64,000 bases of DNA. Source: Eledone cirrhosa. Its lineage: Eukaryota. Location: NCBI GenBank assembly GCA_964016885.1, contig OZ024747.1:68944001-69008000 (forward strand). The letters are read 5' to 3'. The notes beneath the pieces are model-generated. The model saw nothing but the letters and a program-made list of their open reading frames with translations. It made no database searches and was not told the origin of the DNA. Position numbers and translations under genes: made by a program. The number at the start of each line of letters is the position of its first letter. Within the stretch, counting starts at the first letter, position 1. Below, in pieces: positions 57,994 to 64,000 of this stretch.

Positions 57994-59099
57994 AAGAATG
58001 AGAAATTAGATAGATTGAAGGGATGGGCGGGATGGAATTGGAAAAAGTGTTTATATATATATATATATATATGGTGCCCCAGCATGGCCTCAATCGGATG
58101 GTTGGAACAGATAATAGAGTATATAAACATAAGCATGCATACAAAAATACATGAATTCCTGCAGCCATACATACCCACATAAATGCTTACAATACATGTA
58201 TAAAGACAAACAAATACACAGAGGCCCGTGTAAAGCTGGTAATATATCCGTGCTAGATGTAATATGTCCTTCCCTCCAACTGCTAATAAACCAAAACTAT
58301 ATATGAAATATCGACACCATTTCATAGTATTTTCGTAATCAGTTCTAAATACACATGGTTAATATATGGAACATAATGATATACATGTATATGTAATATG
58401 AATGTTTATGAAGACCCTTCTTAAAATTGTAAGTCCATCGCATCTTCCTTACCATCCTCCGGGGAAACGCATTCTCCATTGTGTCCGCCGGGGCTGTGGG
58501 GAGGCCATTCGCGGGACCCCATTTGCTCACCATAAAGAAAGCCATATCCTTGTGGTTATGTTCATTAAACAGTTAATGAGTCTGTTTAGGAGTATCTATG
58601 TATATCACACTGGCATATACAATATCTATATTATATCACAGAGATTTATACAATATCTCTATATGTTACAGTGTTTTATACAATATATAAACAATAAATA
58701 CACACACATATGGGTGTGTGTCTATATGACTGATGGGCTTCCACACAATTTCCGTGTACAAACCTCATTTGGTCCGAAACAAACGCCTTAACCACACACC
58801 TATACCTGTGCTTATACATACTAAAGTGGGTGTTTAAAATGTCATCATATTTAAAACGTTCAAACATAAACTAAAACGGCACTGAACGCGTGTTCGTAGA
58901 GTGAAAAATTCATTTTCTAACAAGAAAATTGTCACTGACTTTGAAGTTTCAGCTTTATCGCTTCATCTGGCTGTGTTATGTCGCTGGAACTTCCTTATTT
59001 ATCAGTTTCATTTCTGGCATGGAGTGTAGTTTTTATACTTATTAGTTGAAGGTGAGCGATTTTTGTGTATGGACATGAGGAAAAGTTATTGGTATATAT

Positions 59100-60720
<1,621 letters not shown>

Positions 60721-60860
60721 ATTAATATATATACATTAAAATATGAAACCAAACACTTTTTCATTTCATAATTATTCTCATCATAATTTGATTTACAATT
60801 GTTTCAACCTCACCTTTCAAGTTTTTATATTTGAAAACGAATCTCTCTCTCTCTCCCTCC

Positions 60861-60979
<119 letters not shown>

Positions 60980-61474
60980 TATATTCTCTACTCCCCAGCA
61001 ACACTAGCTTCTGTTGTTATATTTCATTGGTTTATATTTGAAGCCATTGAACTTTCAGTTTGTGCAATTTTATAATCTCTCATGTCTTTGCAAAACAACA
61101 GATAGATCTTTGCTGACGGCCTGGCAGACACAATTGCGAATGCATTGCCTGGGTGATTAAGAGAAGGAGATACACAAACATTGTCTGGTATGGTCCCATA
61201 ACTCCTGATAGAGTCGAAGGGTCGCAGTATTAAAATAAGGCGTTTCTTTGGTAATTTAAGTCTGGCAGAGCCCATTCCTTTCCAGGCCTGAGTACAGCAT
61301 ATTTCTTCCAGAGAAAGATAGAAAGTGAGAGATAGGAAATGGGAAAGAGATATAGAGGAAGAATCGACCTCAGTACTAAACTGGTACTAAAATAGCTTGT
61401 CCAAATTGCAGGGCTTGTTCTTGGGGGGGGGGGGGGGTAATTTCCGTCTCGATCACCGTGTTTGTATATGTATG

Positions 61475-61547
<73 letters not shown>

Positions 61548-61691
61548 TATATACACACTATTTCTGAGGATGGACAGTAAAATGGATGTGCTATTTTGAG
61601 GCTGATGATATGAAGTTGCATGAATACTTCACCTTGTCTTATTCTTTCATTCTTTAACATTCGACCTTCCAACCTCTTTCTCTTAACATTT

Positions 61692-61729
61692 CGTCTTGCT
61701 GAAGAAGTAACGTCCGATACGTTGAGACG
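61692..61729 (+). ncRNA. Decayed family 5 hammerhead
   Basis: CGUCUU-G-CUGAAGA-A-GUAACGUCC-GAUAC-GUU-GAGACG; downstream ATCAAGC...CTAAT is shared with the 57958 copy. Confidence 0.55.
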
Positions 61730-61998
61730 TTCCTTTTCCTTTTTCCATCAAGCATGAAACTAATAAGAGTTGCTGTAATTGTATTTCTGTATTTGCCTTT
61801 TGTAATTTCTTTTTTTAATCATTTTTAATTCTTTCCGTAGAAGAGGTAGAGGAAACAGCGCTCTATGTACAGAGCTGGAATATTGTAGTATAGTTATGGT
61901 CAACACGGTTCCTTTCTTACCATTGGTTCCAATTCCGCATGTGGTTTAGATTGTGCATTTGCACTTCTGCATATATATTCTGTCATTACTACCACAGA

Positions 61999-62356
<358 letters not shown>

Positions 62357-62360
62357 TATA

Positions 62361-62702
<342 letters not shown>

Positions 62703-62758
62703 GTGAGTTTTTTTTTACAAAATGAAAAATAACCGAGGTGTTCTACACGAGTGAAAGT

Positions 62759-62973
62759 ATAAAGAAAAAAAGATGAAATCGAAAATGCAACTGGAGTGTT
62801 ATTTAAAAAAAAAATATATATATTTATTTGGTTCCCTCCACAGACCCTCCATCTCAACTGTACTTTTGAAAAGCAGAAGAACTGCGAAACCGGTAAAGGA
62901 ACCAAATAAATATATATATTTAAAAAAAAATAAGACTCCAGTTGCATTTTCGATTTCATCTTTGTTTCTTTAT
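62759..62973. repeat. Inverted repeat with arms of about 76 bp whose loop holds a decayed hammerhead (62863-62898, plus strand)
   Basis: Arms 62759-62835 and 62898-62973; loop CUU-UUGAAAA-GCAG(AAGAA)CUGC-GAAAC-CG-GUA-AAG followed by AATAAA. Confidence 0.75.
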
Positions 62974-63434
62974 ATATATATATATCGGATTCCTCTCCCC
63001 CCACCCCTCTATCCACACACGCTCACACACTCCGACCTACACACCACCCCACACACACCTCTTCCTGAACATGCAACCCCTTTCTTCCCCCAACCCTTGC
63101 TTTCACATACACACACACACACGTACACCTACACACACACACCACCTTCAGCCCTCCCCTCTCGGACACCCCGTCTCCCTCTCCCCACTCCACCCGCCAC
63201 CACCCCTACACACCCCATACCCTTCCACCACCTGTTTTACCCCTTTTTAATTTCAGTTTATTTTGATCATGCTTTTATATTTATTTTTATTTCATTTCAT
63301 TTTATTTTGATCATGCTTTATTTTTATTTTTATTTTTAATTTCATTCGCACCGTTTCCTCCCACCCCCTTTTCGCTATATGTCTCTCCACCACTCCCCTA
63401 CACACCCTTTAAACTCTCTTCCCACACACTTCTC

Positions 63435-63553
63435 ACCCGAGGAAGGGCTTATGCCCGAAACGTCGTTCCCCACCACCACCCCACTCTCCAGAGCGTGAAA
63501 TTAATAAACATTCGTTGTACTGCCTCTCTGTTTTGTTCCTGTTCAAATTTTCC

Positions 63554-63555
<2 letters not shown>
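63435..63555 (+). mobile_element. Penelope-type pLTR remnant with a hammerhead-like motif
   Basis: CCGAGGA-A-GGGC(TTAT)GCCC-GAAAC-GTC, with AATAAA about 40 bp downstream, preceded by a C-rich tract and followed by (TA)n. Confidence 0.65.
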
Positions 63556-63639
<84 letters not shown>

Positions 63640-63641
<2 letters not shown>

Positions 63642-63820
63642 ACGAAGGAGGTGTGGTAAGGAACCAGATGTACCATAACGTACCAGAGTACTCAATACTT
63701 AGGGTAGTAGAGTGGGTAATAGGAAAATGTTTAACCCCGACTGCAAAACTCAAGCCGTTTCGACGGCTATTTCCGTCCAGAAATAACCGTCGAAACGGCT
63801 TGAGCTCTACCGTCGGGGTT
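63640..63820 (-). mobile_element. pLTR-like family 4 copy with a terminal fold-back
   Basis: Homologous to 27000-27105; imperfect inverted repeat 63733-63773 / 63780-63820. Confidence 0.75.
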
Positions 63821-64000
63821 AGAGAGAGAGTGAGATAAAGAGGAGAGGGCATGCACACATTTATACATCACACATACATCTCTTACATATATATATGTGT
63901 GTGTGTGTGTGTCTGTCTGTCTGTCTATATGTCAGTCTTTATGTCTCTCTCACATACTCCCTATACCATTTCTTGGTCAAAGCCATGCGAATTTCTGCTT

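Noticed and set aside
58430-58545. GC-rich island and 66-aa ORF
   Set aside because: No recognisable homology, and the nearest candidate acceptor gives stops in all frames.

Overview
AT-rich, repeat-saturated non-coding animal DNA. The SINE and LINE families resemble those I recall from octopod cephalopods; this is an inference. No host protein-coding exon can be supported, and almost all long ORFs are translations of micro- or minisatellites. Real coding remnants are all retroelement-derived: several RTE-clade LINE families (RT with YADD plus a PHD-like C4HC3 finger), a Dong/R4-type endonuclease fragment sitting in (TAA)n, and CR1-like and Tx1-like pieces. Also present are two tRNA-headed SINE families (Meta-like and Nin/Deu-like cores), a TTAA-flanked piggyBac-type MITE, a tRNA-Glu pseudogene and many tandem arrays. 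The most notable signal is a set of at least five apparently unrelated short, ORF-less, (TA)n-associated elements carrying minimal type I hammerhead ribozyme motifs. They resemble Penelope pseudo-LTRs or retrozymes. Several are arranged as fold-back palindromes, the best being a 251-bp-arm palindrome at 13631-14148 with an intact-looking ribozyme in each arm. Coordinates were read by eye and may be a few bases off.
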